A model generated the notes under the pieces. The model had not been told where the DNA came from, did no database searches, and was given only the letters and a program-made list of their open reading frames with translations. This document shows, one piece after another, positions 22,958 to 32,210 of a stretch of 64,000 nt of DNA; position 1 is the first letter of the stretch, and every line of letters begins with the position of its first letter. Source of the DNA: an uncultured Acidobacteriota bacterium (GTDB taxonomy: Bacteria > Acidobacteriota > UBA6911). The stretch covers positions 32,001 through 96,000 of the forward strand of contig CAWJKZ010000009.1 in NCBI GenBank assembly GCA_963843575.1, given 5' to 3'. A program made the translations under genes and the position numbers.

Positions 22958-23056
22958 TTTGAGGGACTGACGGCGAGCCCGGACGGGAAGACCATACTCT
23001 ACATGCGATCGAAGGAATCGGGTACTGACCTGATGCTGGTGGAGAACTTCCGCTGA
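22958..23056 (+). pseudogene. C-terminal fragment of TolB/PD40 beta-propeller protein
   Basis: Reads FEGLTASPDGKTILYMRSKESGTDLMLVENFR*, the typical ending of acidobacterial PD40-repeat proteins. Confidence 0.65.
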
Positions 23057-23516
23057 CCGGTCGATTAGGAGGGTGGTTCCACGTGACTTCGCCCCGCGAC
23101 AATATCGGGTCCTACCTGCATCTCAGCCTCCACCCCAGAAGTTCGAGAGAGGTCTTGGTTATCACGCTGTCCCGAAGGCCCTTCGCGGACATAAATGCTC
23201 AGCGACCGATCCGCTGTTCGCTGAGCATCTTTGTGAAATCGGAGACCGGTGTCCAGGGACAGTCCCACGGCAAGTGAGGTTGTAACACATTAGAGAAGGC
23301 TAAAGTTACCAAGGTGTCCTGACGATTAGAGACCCAGCGTGTTTCCTGTCCGTTAATCCATCGGGGGAGCAATCGTCAAGAAACACGCTCCTCGGCACAC
23401 ACCGCACGTACTTCGGGATCCGCTGCAATTGAGGGGCCTGTATCTAACGTGAGGTGTGCGCCGGGCGAAACACTCGCCGATGTACTACCCTCCAGAACGT
23501 GTTCCGCTGAGCCCTC

Positions 23517-24227
23517 CTAAGGACGGATCCTCTCCTGCAACCAGTGCCGTTCCAAGGCACTCACAATGCATTGGAGTGCCGGAGGGGGCAGAAGTCTTTT
23601 TCCGTCAACCACATCCTGGAAGAAGACCCCGTAGGCGCTGCCCACTTGGCGTCTCACCTCTGCGGTGAGTGACGCGATGAACGAGTGCAGGATGAGCGTA
23701 ATGTGGATCAGAGTGCCGATCGGGAATACCGGCGCTGTGGCTCCGAAGTCGATCAACATACCTGTAACGCTCATGTCCAGTGCCTTGACGTCCCAGGCGC
23801 GTCCGTCGTCGTGGTAAACCCGAATGGTCATCGGACAATCCGGAGCGACCTTCACCCGATAAGCCATTCGAGCCTCTGCACTTACGATGCTTGAACCGAG
23901 TTTCAGGACCAGCTCCGGAGCGGGCGATTGTTCCGGGCGATACTCTAGGATCGTGGAAAAGAGGGCGCCCGAATCCCCCCGGTAGGTGAAGGATACCCAG
24001 CACGATGACCCTATCGTCGGAACTATCGTCAACAAGTGCTTTAGCTGGAGCGTGACCGTGCCCTCGGACAGGGCGGCCATCTGAGCGTGGAAGCAGGTTT
24101 GGACATTCTCCAGGGAGAGTATGAGCGCAGGGGCCCTGTTTTCGCAGCATTCCTTGAGAATGTCGGATTGATTCTGCCCGGTCGCCTGCCGCCAGACACG
24201 GTCCGGGTCAAAGAGAGGGGATGACAT
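23517..24227 (-). CDS. PilZ-domain (YcgR-like) c-di-GMP-binding protein
   Basis: RMAYR (RxxxR) and DMSVTG (DxSxxG); GGAGG RBS before ATG 24227. Confidence 0.8.
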   Translation of the reverse strand: MSSPLFDPDRVWRQATGQNQSDILKECCENRAPALILSLENVQTCFHAQMAALSEGTVTLQLKHLLTIVPTIGSSCWVSFTYRGDSGALFSTILEYRPEQSPAPELVLKLGSSIVSAEARMAYRVKVAPDCPMTIRVYHDDGRAWDVKALDMSVTGMLIDFGATAPVFPIGTLIHITLILHSFIASLTAEVRRQVGSAYGVFFQDVVDGKRLLPPPALQCIVSALERHWLQERIRP

Positions 24228-24903
24228 CAGAGGGACCTCCTGCCACACCTGTGTACTCTTCGGAGTTCTCAGCGGATCTCGCCCGGACTGGTGCCGCTCC
24301 TCGTCGGTCTCGGCCCTGGACGATGGCCGCTGGCCAAAAAACAGCCGTCACCCTTACAAGAACGCAAACTGACCGCCGGCGTCTCCTATAAAATAAGCAA
24401 ATACTAATAGTTTGCTAGCTGATGGTCCTCATATCGGAGGTCAACCCTGTTCGTACGATCGAGCATTCTTGTGGCACAGCTCGCACAGCGCGACGAGATT
24501 GTCGAGCGTATCAGGCCCCCCAACAATCCTCTGACGTACCTCCCAGAGGCCGGGGACAAGCAGTTCGGTGCAGGTGGCCACACCTCTCCATCTCGCATTC
24601 GCATCGGCCGTCGGCCCTGCCGTAAAGGACGTTCTTTATTAAAGGGGAAGACATTAGTTCTCCTCGGGATGCGGCGACACCACCCAAGCCATGCCCCTAC
24701 CATACAAGAACGCAATCCGGCCGGCGGCGTACACCATCAAATGGCAAAAATCTTCCTTTGAGGCATCTGCCGGCAGGCCGGGATTGATGCGAACCGCCCG
24801 ACAGATTGTCTGGAGATCGATTCTCGTCGCGCACCCTCGGACAGCCGGCGGCGATGCTCGCGACCTGGCGCAGGGTCGTTTGTGGCGGAACAGTGCGGAA
24901 CAA

Positions 24904-25671
24904 CTACGGGCGGTTCAGGTCGTAAATGATTCTTAAGCCGTCGAGGGTGAGCCAGGGGGCGACGATTCGGAAGATCGTGGTCTCGCGGGCGATGATCTCC
25001 GCCAAGCTACCCGTGGCGACAACCTTCATCGTCGGCCCAAGCTCAGCGCGGAAGCGGGCGACCATACCCTCAACAAGGCCTACATAACCGAAGAGGAGAC
25101 CCGACTGCAGCGAGTGGACGGTGTTCCTCCCGATCACCGACGGAGGCCGCTGCAGGTCGACTCGAGGCAGCTTCGCAGCCCTCTGGAACAGTGCATCCGC
25201 CGCGATCCCGATCCCAGGCGCGATAGCGCCACCGAGGTAATCCCCTTCCGCGGAGATCGCATCGAATGCAGTAGCCGTGCCGAAGTCCACGACGCACGCG
25301 GGTACGCCATAGAGGGCACGGACGGCTGCCGCATCGGCCACGCGGTCGGCGCCAACCTGCCTGGGATCTTCGTACTTGAGCCGCACTCCGGTTTTGACGC
25401 CGGCATCCAGTATGAGCGGATCACGCCCGAAGTAGTCGTGGCAGACCCGTTCGAATGTTCCGGTCAATGGCGGCACGACGGACGCTATCACCGCACCCTC
25501 CACGTCCGCTGGGATTCGCCCCTGGTGCCGGAAGAGTTGGGTGATCGTGATTCCGTATTCGTCGGGCATGCGCTCATGGTCTGTCGCCAGCCTCCAGCGC
25601 GGACCCAACGTGTCACCGTCGTACAGTCCCAGGGTAATGTTCGTGTTCCCGATATCGATTGCGAGCAGCAT
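24904..25671 (-). CDS. coaX: Type III pantothenate kinase
   Basis: MLLAIDIGNTN, SVVP, GADR, VVDFGTAT, GGAIAPG, LTLDGL; GGAGG RBS. Confidence 0.95.
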   Translation of the reverse strand: MLLAIDIGNTNITLGLYDGDTLGPRWRLATDHERMPDEYGITITQLFRHQGRIPADVEGAVIASVVPPLTGTFERVCHDYFGRDPLILDAGVKTGVRLKYEDPRQVGADRVADAAAVRALYGVPACVVDFGTATAFDAISAEGDYLGGAIAPGIGIAADALFQRAAKLPRVDLQRPPSVIGRNTVHSLQSGLLFGYVGLVEGMVARFRAELGPTMKVVATGSLAEIIARETTIFRIVAPWLTLDGLRIIYDLNRP

Positions 25672-25724
25672 ACGCCTCCGAGCGCCGAAAACGGCTCGCG
25701 ACAGCCATGGGCCGCCGCGGGAAT

Positions 25725-26057
25725 TCACAGCAATAGGTTGTCTATTAGCCTCGTCCTCCCCATCGTCACCGCAAGAGACAGCAGGACACGATCCTGAACC
25801 TGGCTGAGTTCGACCAGAGCCTCCGGATCCGCTGCCGAGACATAGTCCTCGTGAACGAGCGGTTCAGCGGCGATCAGTGCGCGCATAGCAGTGCGGAGCA
25901 CCTCCGCATCGCGCTCGCCTGCCTCGTATCTTGCGCGCGCTGCGCTCAAGGCACGGTACAGGACAGTCGCAGCCCGCCGTTCCGCAGTCGTGAGATACGT
26001 GTTGCGGCTGCTCATCGCAAGCCCATCGGGCTCCCGGACCGTCGTACATATCCCTAT
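25725..26057 (-). pseudogene. panC: C-terminal fragment of pantoate-beta-alanine ligase
   Basis: VREPDGLAMSSRNTYL and TRLIDN; N-terminal HIGH-motif domain absent. Confidence 0.88.
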
Positions 26058-26444
26058 GAGTCGGTCCAGGAGGTTTGTCGGGAGGGGGCCCACATTCGGG
26101 CGTTCCATGATGCCGTCGAACTATGGCCTGAGGTTGATGTAGTGCCAGGAATCATAAGAGTCGTTCAGGAAGTCACCTCGAAAATCATCCATCCAGACCG
26201 CAATTGTGATCGGATCGTAAATATTCTCGCACCGGGAAGTGTAGTAGGTTGCGCAGAGGTGGATAAGCGGCATGCGCCCCGGTGCAGGAATGAGGAGTCT
26301 GTCGACTTCCGCCCGGACGGCCGGTGACAGCCGCAAATAGGCTATCTGTGCCGAGACCATGTGGCCGGTGTCGTGCCAGGCCGCAGCAGGTGCAGCTGCC
26401 AGGAGCACCAAGACGAAAACGAGCGTGAGTCGCACGGCTTTCAA
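26058..26444 (-). pseudogene. N-terminal fragment of S1/P1 nuclease with in-frame TAG, joined in frame to the panC fragment
   Basis: Signal peptide, then WHDTGHMVSAQIAY, WMDDFR, SWHYIN; TAG at 26121-26123. Confidence 0.8.
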
Positions 26445-26677
26445 TCGCTACCTCCAAACGTTTCGACTGCTGCGCCGGTAGGACAATCCTCAGAACCGGC
26501 ACGACAGTGTCACAAATCCCTATTGTATATGAGAGGTGCTCTCAGAAACCCTCGAGTTGAGCGTTCGCGCTCCTGAATTTCCGCTTGCGCCCCCGTGCAC
26601 CCTTCCCGATGCTCAGCTCCCGCAGCATCCGCAGAGTTGTCTCCCTATATACTGGGTTGGCTGGCCCGTTTCTGCCC

Positions 26678-29098
26678 CTATTCCGATCGCAGTAGTTCCA
26701 TAGGATCGACGCGGGCAGCCCGCCGGGCGGGGATAAAAGCGGAAAGCAACGCGACGGAGGCCAGCAGCGCGACTACTCCCACGAAAATGAAGGGGTCGGT
26801 GGGGCTTACACCGGATAGCTGACTTGAGAGCAGGCGCGTCAGCGCTAATGCTCCAGCGCCGCCGAGAGCTGTCCCTGCTGCGGTCAGAACCAGGCTGTTG
26901 CGCAGCACCATCACGAGAACTGTGCGGGGTCGTGCGCCCAGGGCAAGCCGGATGCCGAACTCGTGTCTTCGCTGGGCTACGGCATAAGTAACCACGCCAT
27001 AGATGCCGATCGCAGCGAGCGTGAGCGCTATGACGGCAAACACTCCCATGAGCAGCATGACGACACGCTGAGATGCGAGGTTGAGCGAAAGCACGTCTTC
27101 CAATGAGCGTATGTCAGCCACCGCTCCAGTGTCGTCCAGGGACTGAGCCTCCCGCCGAATGGTCGGCACCAGATTGAGAGGGTTCATGGCCGTGCGAACG
27201 ACGAGGTGCTTATCGCCGAGCGGCGTCTGGAGAAGTGAAAAGTAGTACTGCGGTTTTGGTGGGAACAGCAGTCCGTCCTGCCGGATGTCGCCCACTATAC
27301 CGACGATCGTTCGCGCTTTCCCGTCCGGATTAATGCGCTCGCCGAGTGGATCCTTGTCTCCCCAATACTTGCGCGCCATCGCCTCGTTGATAACAGCAAC
27401 GGGCAGGCTCTGATCCGCATCCTGATTGTTGAATGCCCTGCCACGCTTCACCGGGATGCCAAGCGTGCCGAAGTACTGCGGTGTTACAAACTGCACAACC
27501 TCGTTCGGTTCCCGACCCGGCGCTGGAGCAGGCCGCCCCTCGATCGTGAACGCCCAAACCCAACCCCCGTCGGAAGGGAGATTACTGGCGAGCGCTGCCG
27601 AATACACGCCGGGCAATGCGGTGACCCGGTCCACCAGTTGACGTATTGCCGCAGTCCTCTTCGGCCATTCCGGAAAGCGCGCGTTCGAAATAGGAACCGT
27701 CATTGTCAGAATTCCGTCCCTCCCAAAACCCGGGTCCAACCGCCAGACACGAATGAAGCTCTTGATCAGGAGCCCGGCTCCAACCAGGAGAACCAGCGAA
27801 ATGGCGATTTCTGAAATGACCATCAAGCTCTTCAGCCGATTATGACGCAATCCTCCCGACGTGCTGCGCCCGCCTTCTCTTAGTACCCGGCTGGTATCGG
27901 TTCCTGCGGCCTCCAGTGCCGGGAACAGGCCGAAAATGACTCCAGTCAAAAGGGAAATCGCTAAGGCAAACAGCAGCACGGTTCCGTCAACACCGGCCGA
28001 CGGCACATCAAGTCCGTTATTGGCGAGAAAGCCGTTGATCACCTTTGATCCGCCCACTGCGCTGACGATGCCGACAAGTCCGCCGAGCAAACCGAGCAGT
28101 AAGCTCTCAGTCAGTAGCTGACCGATGACCCTGAGGCGTGTCGCTCCAAGCGCGGACCGGAGCGCCAGCTCTCTCGAGCGGGCTCCGGAGCGAGCCAGCA
28201 GCAGATTGGCAACGTTGGCGCATGCTATGAGAAGTATGAATCCGACTGCTCCAAGCAAAGGCAGCAGAGTGGGACGCAAGTGCCCTGACAGGGAATCGTG
28301 AAGCGGCACGACAAGGGTGCGGAACCCCACGCAGTCGGGATACTGTCTTTCCAGGCTGCTCATTACGACGCTCACGTCCGCCTGGGCTTGTTCCGGCGTG
28401 ATCCCGGGCCTGAGCCTCGCGACAGCCATGAATATGTGATTGCCGCGGTGCGCCTGTTTGGACAGTTCAGGCGGAAAAGGGATCCAGATTTCGGGCGCCT
28501 TGTTGACGCGGGTGAATTTGAATGGAAGGCTGAAGTTCGGCGGCATTACTCCGACAACCAGGTACGATGCTCCGTCGATCCTGACTGCCTGGCCAACGAC
28601 ATCCACCCGGCCGCCAAGCGAGCGCAGCCAGTAGCCGTGGCTCACAACCGCGACCTGGAAACCCGTCGGGGAGGAATCCGCTGTTGTAAGTACTCGCCCC
28701 ATGAGAGGCTGAACTCCCAGGGTGGGGAAAAAGCCGTCGGTAACGCACGCGATCGTAACCTGCTCCGTTGCTCCGTTCGCCCGAACGCCGGCACTCCTGC
28801 CCGTGTAAGCAGTCATGTGCTCAAAAACCCGCGTCGAAGTGCGGAAATCGTTGAAATTCGGAATCGCGAGCGGGAGCTTTTCGTTCCCCAATGCATGCGG
28901 GTACTGATCCCAAAGTGCAATGAGGCGGCTCGGATCGCGGTAAGGCAATCGGCGGAGAAATGCAGCATTCACCGTACTGAAGATAACCGTATTGGCCCCG
29001 ATTCCGAGCGCAAGAGTGGCGACTACCACGAGGGAAAAAGCAGGATTTCGCAGCAAGAGACGGACCGCGTGGCGCAAGTTTTGATAAAGGATATCCAT
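26678..29098 (-). CDS. ADOP (duplicated MacB/FtsX-type) ABC permease
   Basis: TLALGIGANTVIFS, LLIACANVANLLLAR, QLLTESLLL, GIYGVV.Y.V.QRRHEFGIRLALGA, PARRAARVDP; no ATPase gene adjacent. Confidence 0.93.
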   Translation of the reverse strand: MDILYQNLRHAVRLLLRNPAFSLVVVATLALGIGANTVIFSTVNAAFLRRLPYRDPSRLIALWDQYPHALGNEKLPLAIPNFNDFRTSTRVFEHMTAYTGRSAGVRANGATEQVTIACVTDGFFPTLGVQPLMGRVLTTADSSPTGFQVAVVSHGYWLRSLGGRVDVVGQAVRIDGASYLVVGVMPPNFSLPFKFTRVNKAPEIWIPFPPELSKQAHRGNHIFMAVARLRPGITPEQAQADVSVVMSSLERQYPDCVGFRTLVVPLHDSLSGHLRPTLLPLLGAVGFILLIACANVANLLLARSGARSRELALRSALGATRLRVIGQLLTESLLLGLLGGLVGIVSAVGGSKVINGFLANNGLDVPSAGVDGTVLLFALAISLLTGVIFGLFPALEAAGTDTSRVLREGGRSTSGGLRHNRLKSLMVISEIAISLVLLVGAGLLIKSFIRVWRLDPGFGRDGILTMTVPISNARFPEWPKRTAAIRQLVDRVTALPGVYSAALASNLPSDGGWVWAFTIEGRPAPAPGREPNEVVQFVTPQYFGTLGIPVKRGRAFNNQDADQSLPVAVINEAMARKYWGDKDPLGERINPDGKARTIVGIVGDIRQDGLLFPPKPQYYFSLLQTPLGDKHLVVRTAMNPLNLVPTIRREAQSLDDTGAVADIRSLEDVLSLNLASQRVVMLLMGVFAVIALTLAAIGIYGVVTYAVAQRRHEFGIRLALGARPRTVLVMVLRNSLVLTAAGTALGGAGALALTRLLSSQLSGVSPTDPFIFVGVVALLASVALLSAFIPARRAARVDPMELLRSE

Positions 29099-29245
29099 GA
29101 CTTACTCCGCACTAATTACTATTACGTACGATTTTGGATATCTGTATGTTCCGACTGTTCGCGACGGAATGGAAATCGTTCGAAATCAGGTTAACGTGTG
29201 GGACGTCCCCGATTTCAATTGCTTCGGCTCGCTATGTTGGCTTCT

Positions 29246-29280
29246 GCCCTGGGCTACCCTGTGCCGCGCTTTCAGACCCC
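29246..29280. repeat. Possible REP-like half element
   Basis: GCCCTGGGCTACCCTGTGCCGCGCTTTCAGACCCC resembles GCCCTGGGCT...CCTTTCAGGGC-type extragenic repeats; single copy here. Confidence 0.3.
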
Positions 29281-29678
29281 GACTCGCCCGTTTCAGAGGT
29301 GCCGCCAAGAGACGTGGAGAGGTACCGGAGTACGGTGTAGCTCTGATCGTGGTAGCTCCGGTTCAGGTTTCTGGCCCTCTCCATGGCAACGTCGAATTCC
29401 TTGCGGCTCAGTGCTGCCTCTCCGCGCCGTAGTTAGGACGATTGAGGGAACTATGGCGTCCAGTGAACCTTTAGGATAGTTGGCACGTGGATCTGTGGCA
29501 ATGGTTTGGGTTCCCAGATGCCCCCGCTGCAGCTCAGCGAGCCGCCGGCCGGAATCACAGACCCTGATTTATCGCATAGGAGTCCGTCTCGATGTCCGCG
29601 CTAGCTGCCTGCAGTGCTACTTCACGGAGTATTGGCGACACACAACGGCCAGGTACCTCAAGTTCACCGAGGCAGCCG

Positions 29679-30836
29679 CTAATCTGCGATCAGGTAGGTC
29701 GCGTTCCCGGAAGGTGGGATGTCGAGCAAGCCTTTGTGTGCAAGCCAATTGGTCACCGCCGAATAGAAGAAGTGATACCACCACATGAAAAACTCGTTGA
29801 AGGTCGTCTCTTCCCTGTAGGGCGAGCGCCTGTGCACGTCCGCCAATCCGGCTCGATTACGTTCCAGCAAGCCCAGCAAAGCAGGGGTGATTATTGCGGC
29901 TACGCCGCCCAGTTCCATGGTTTCGGCACGACTGAATACGGTCACACGCAGTACGCCATTTTCGAACAATCCCAGTTCTTCCAGCCCTGCCTTCTGCCTT
30001 GCGATCAGGTGATCTTCCCCCGTCCGCGCGAACGAAATCATACACTCGAGCAGGGAGGCGACTTCGGCTTTGAGATCTGCTTGCGGCGGGAAGTCGAACA
30101 GCCGTATGAACTGTTCTCTTCGCAGGGAATACAGCGTGCTTCCGTCATACCTCTGGTTCCCGTAAACACACAACTGAATCCCGCGGAGAGTCAATCCCCC
30201 GTTTCCGTAGATGCCGAACGCTTCCTTCCGCTGACCGGCTGGTTTCTCAAAAACTGCGTAGTAATACCTGCGGCCGTTGCGCAACGGTCTTTCCGCCTTC
30301 AGGAACTCCCCTTCCACATTCCCGATCTGCCAGTTATCGAGAAGAACGTCGCTCAAAATGAGGAAGGCATTTAGGGAGAATCCGGCCCGGCGGATTGCCG
30401 GGACCGACTCCGCCCGAACCCGGATATCCGGAAGCCTGTCCGCGATGAGGCGGCCGGTTGCTTCAACTATGCCTGCCGCCGGGGCCATCCATTTGGCATC
30501 CTCGAGCGTGACGACCATGCATGTCGGAAGGAACTGGCCGGAGAGCGATTCCCTGACCAATCCCTCGGCAACCAGAGAATCGATCCGGCCTCGAAGTTCT
30601 TCGGGTGAGACCCCGAGATCGCGCCCGATCAGCGCCAGGTCCTTCCGGCGGTGCAAAGCCACGCAAATCTCGATCAGCCGGTTTGCCCTGATGTTGAGAG
30701 AAGGGTAGTTGTCGCCGGCTGAGATCAGCTTGGTTTCGAAAGTGGTCTCCCGCTGACAGAACCCGCTGCGGGCGAGCAACACACCCGCCCCGATGCCGGC
30801 TGCAAAGGGCGTGAGAAAGTTCCGGCGTGTCCACAT
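29679..30836 (-). CDS. Tat-exported hypothetical protein with an HTH-like segment
   Basis: MWTRRNFL twin-arginine signal; IGRDLGVSPEELRGRIDSLVAEGLV resembles a winged helix. Confidence 0.7.
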   Translation of the reverse strand: MWTRRNFLTPFAAGIGAGVLLARSGFCQRETTFETKLISAGDNYPSLNIRANRLIEICVALHRRKDLALIGRDLGVSPEELRGRIDSLVAEGLVRESLSGQFLPTCMVVTLEDAKWMAPAAGIVEATGRLIADRLPDIRVRAESVPAIRRAGFSLNAFLILSDVLLDNWQIGNVEGEFLKAERPLRNGRRYYYAVFEKPAGQRKEAFGIYGNGGLTLRGIQLCVYGNQRYDGSTLYSLRREQFIRLFDFPPQADLKAEVASLLECMISFARTGEDHLIARQKAGLEELGLFENGVLRVTVFSRAETMELGGVAAIITPALLGLLERNRAGLADVHRRSPYREETTFNEFFMWWYHFFYSAVTNWLAHKGLLDIPPSGNATYLIAD

Positions 30837-31112
30837 GCCTGTTCATACGCAAGAGCCGCGCTCCCGGTTCCCTTCTTCCATACATTAATTACTTTGGCCT
30901 GATTCTCCGGGTCGGGATTCAGCCAAGCGAGTGAGGGCTGGTAGTCGAACGACAACTGACGCGTGAGTTTCCGCTGGAATCTCGCCCCCATAGGCACGCA
31001 GGACCCCCGTCCTCGTATGACGGGCAGTGATGGCGGCAGTCCGTTGTATTCCTATTGCCGCATAATCTGGCCTCCACTCGGCCGTGTCTTGTCTCCGTAG
31101 TATCATGCCTCT

Positions 31113-31886
31113 ATGGAAACGATGCGGATCCTCGTATGTGCCGTGCTGGCGGCCTCGGCCGTCGCGGCCGCCCCTCCGGACAAGCTGAAGCCATTGGGAG
31201 GAGATTTTCAGATCCGCCGCGAACGTCCGCGGCTTTACCTGAATGCAGGCGACCGCGACCGGGTTCGGAGCCGGATCGGAACGAGTCACAGGGAGGAATG
31301 GCAGAGTGTCGTACGCGCCAGACAGAGCCGGGATCTCACTCAGCGTATGCTCGCCAACGCCTTTTCGTACCAGGTCACCCAGGACCCGGCTCACGCGCGT
31401 GCCGCGATCGATGCGGCATTGCAGCTGTCGGGCACGGACTTGGACCGGGTCGATGACGACCTGGGGCTCGCCTACCGCGTCTGGCCCGAATCGGTGGCGT
31501 ACGATTGGTGCTACGATCACTTCAAGCCGGAGGAGCGTCATGTGCTGCTGACTAACGTGCGCGCGCAGCTGGCCATAGCCGGCGGAAAAATTCTTGAAAC
31601 AGAGCCGCCCCACGCCGGTCACCTCGTCAACCATCTGGCCGACGCACACATTCCGGCAGGCATCGCCTTCTACGACGAGGACCCGTCCATCTTCGAACGG
31701 GCCCTCAAAGTCACGCGTTCCCAGATCGCAGCAAAGAACCTGTTCTACCGATATGGGGCTTCGAGCCAGGGCAACTCCTATGGCGTCACTCATGTCAACG
31801 GCGACTACCGCATCCTGATAATGCTGTGGAAGGCGACCGGGGTCGACCTCTTCGCCCGATTCCCTTTCTACCGGGACGCTATGTGA
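31113..31886 (+). pseudogene. N-terminal part of heparinase II/III-like polysaccharide lyase
   Basis: Signal peptide, ERPRLYL, AYDWCYD, QGNSYG; stops at 257 aa, much shorter than this family. Confidence 0.55.
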
Positions 31887-31905
31887 GATAAGCTCTTCAA
31901 GTGGA

Positions 31906-31990
31906 TACATTTACATCCGCCAGCCACTATTACATCTCCACATCCCAAGTCCACGTCCAAACCCACGTCCACGCCGAGGTCCAGGTCCGG
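31906..31990 (+). repeat. Degenerate hexamer tandem repeat (GTCCAC/CACATC-like)
   Basis: tacatt tacatc ... cacatc caagtc cacgtc caaacc cacgtc cacgcc gaggtc caggtc. Confidence 0.55.
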
Positions 31991-32210
31991 GACGGACAGC
32001 TATGGAGTTTCGCGACAGAACCCAGTCTAAGTCTAAAGAAGGGCGAGCGGGCAGTTGGTGGAGCAGCTACCGGCCGGATCGGTAACGCCTTGGAGGGATC
32101 TAGGTCTTGCCTGCAACCTTTTCCCTGATTGGACCACTCACCTTGCGAAAGGTTTGACTTCTTGCGGATACTGATGCGTCGATGGAACGCGGGGGGCAAC
32201 TCACAACCAA

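Noticed and set aside
23318-23390. Nested inverted repeats (TGACGATT/AATCGTCA and AGCGTGTTTC/GAAACACGCT) as a MITE or ncRNA
   Set aside because: Short, single copy, no target duplication; cannot be told from chance.
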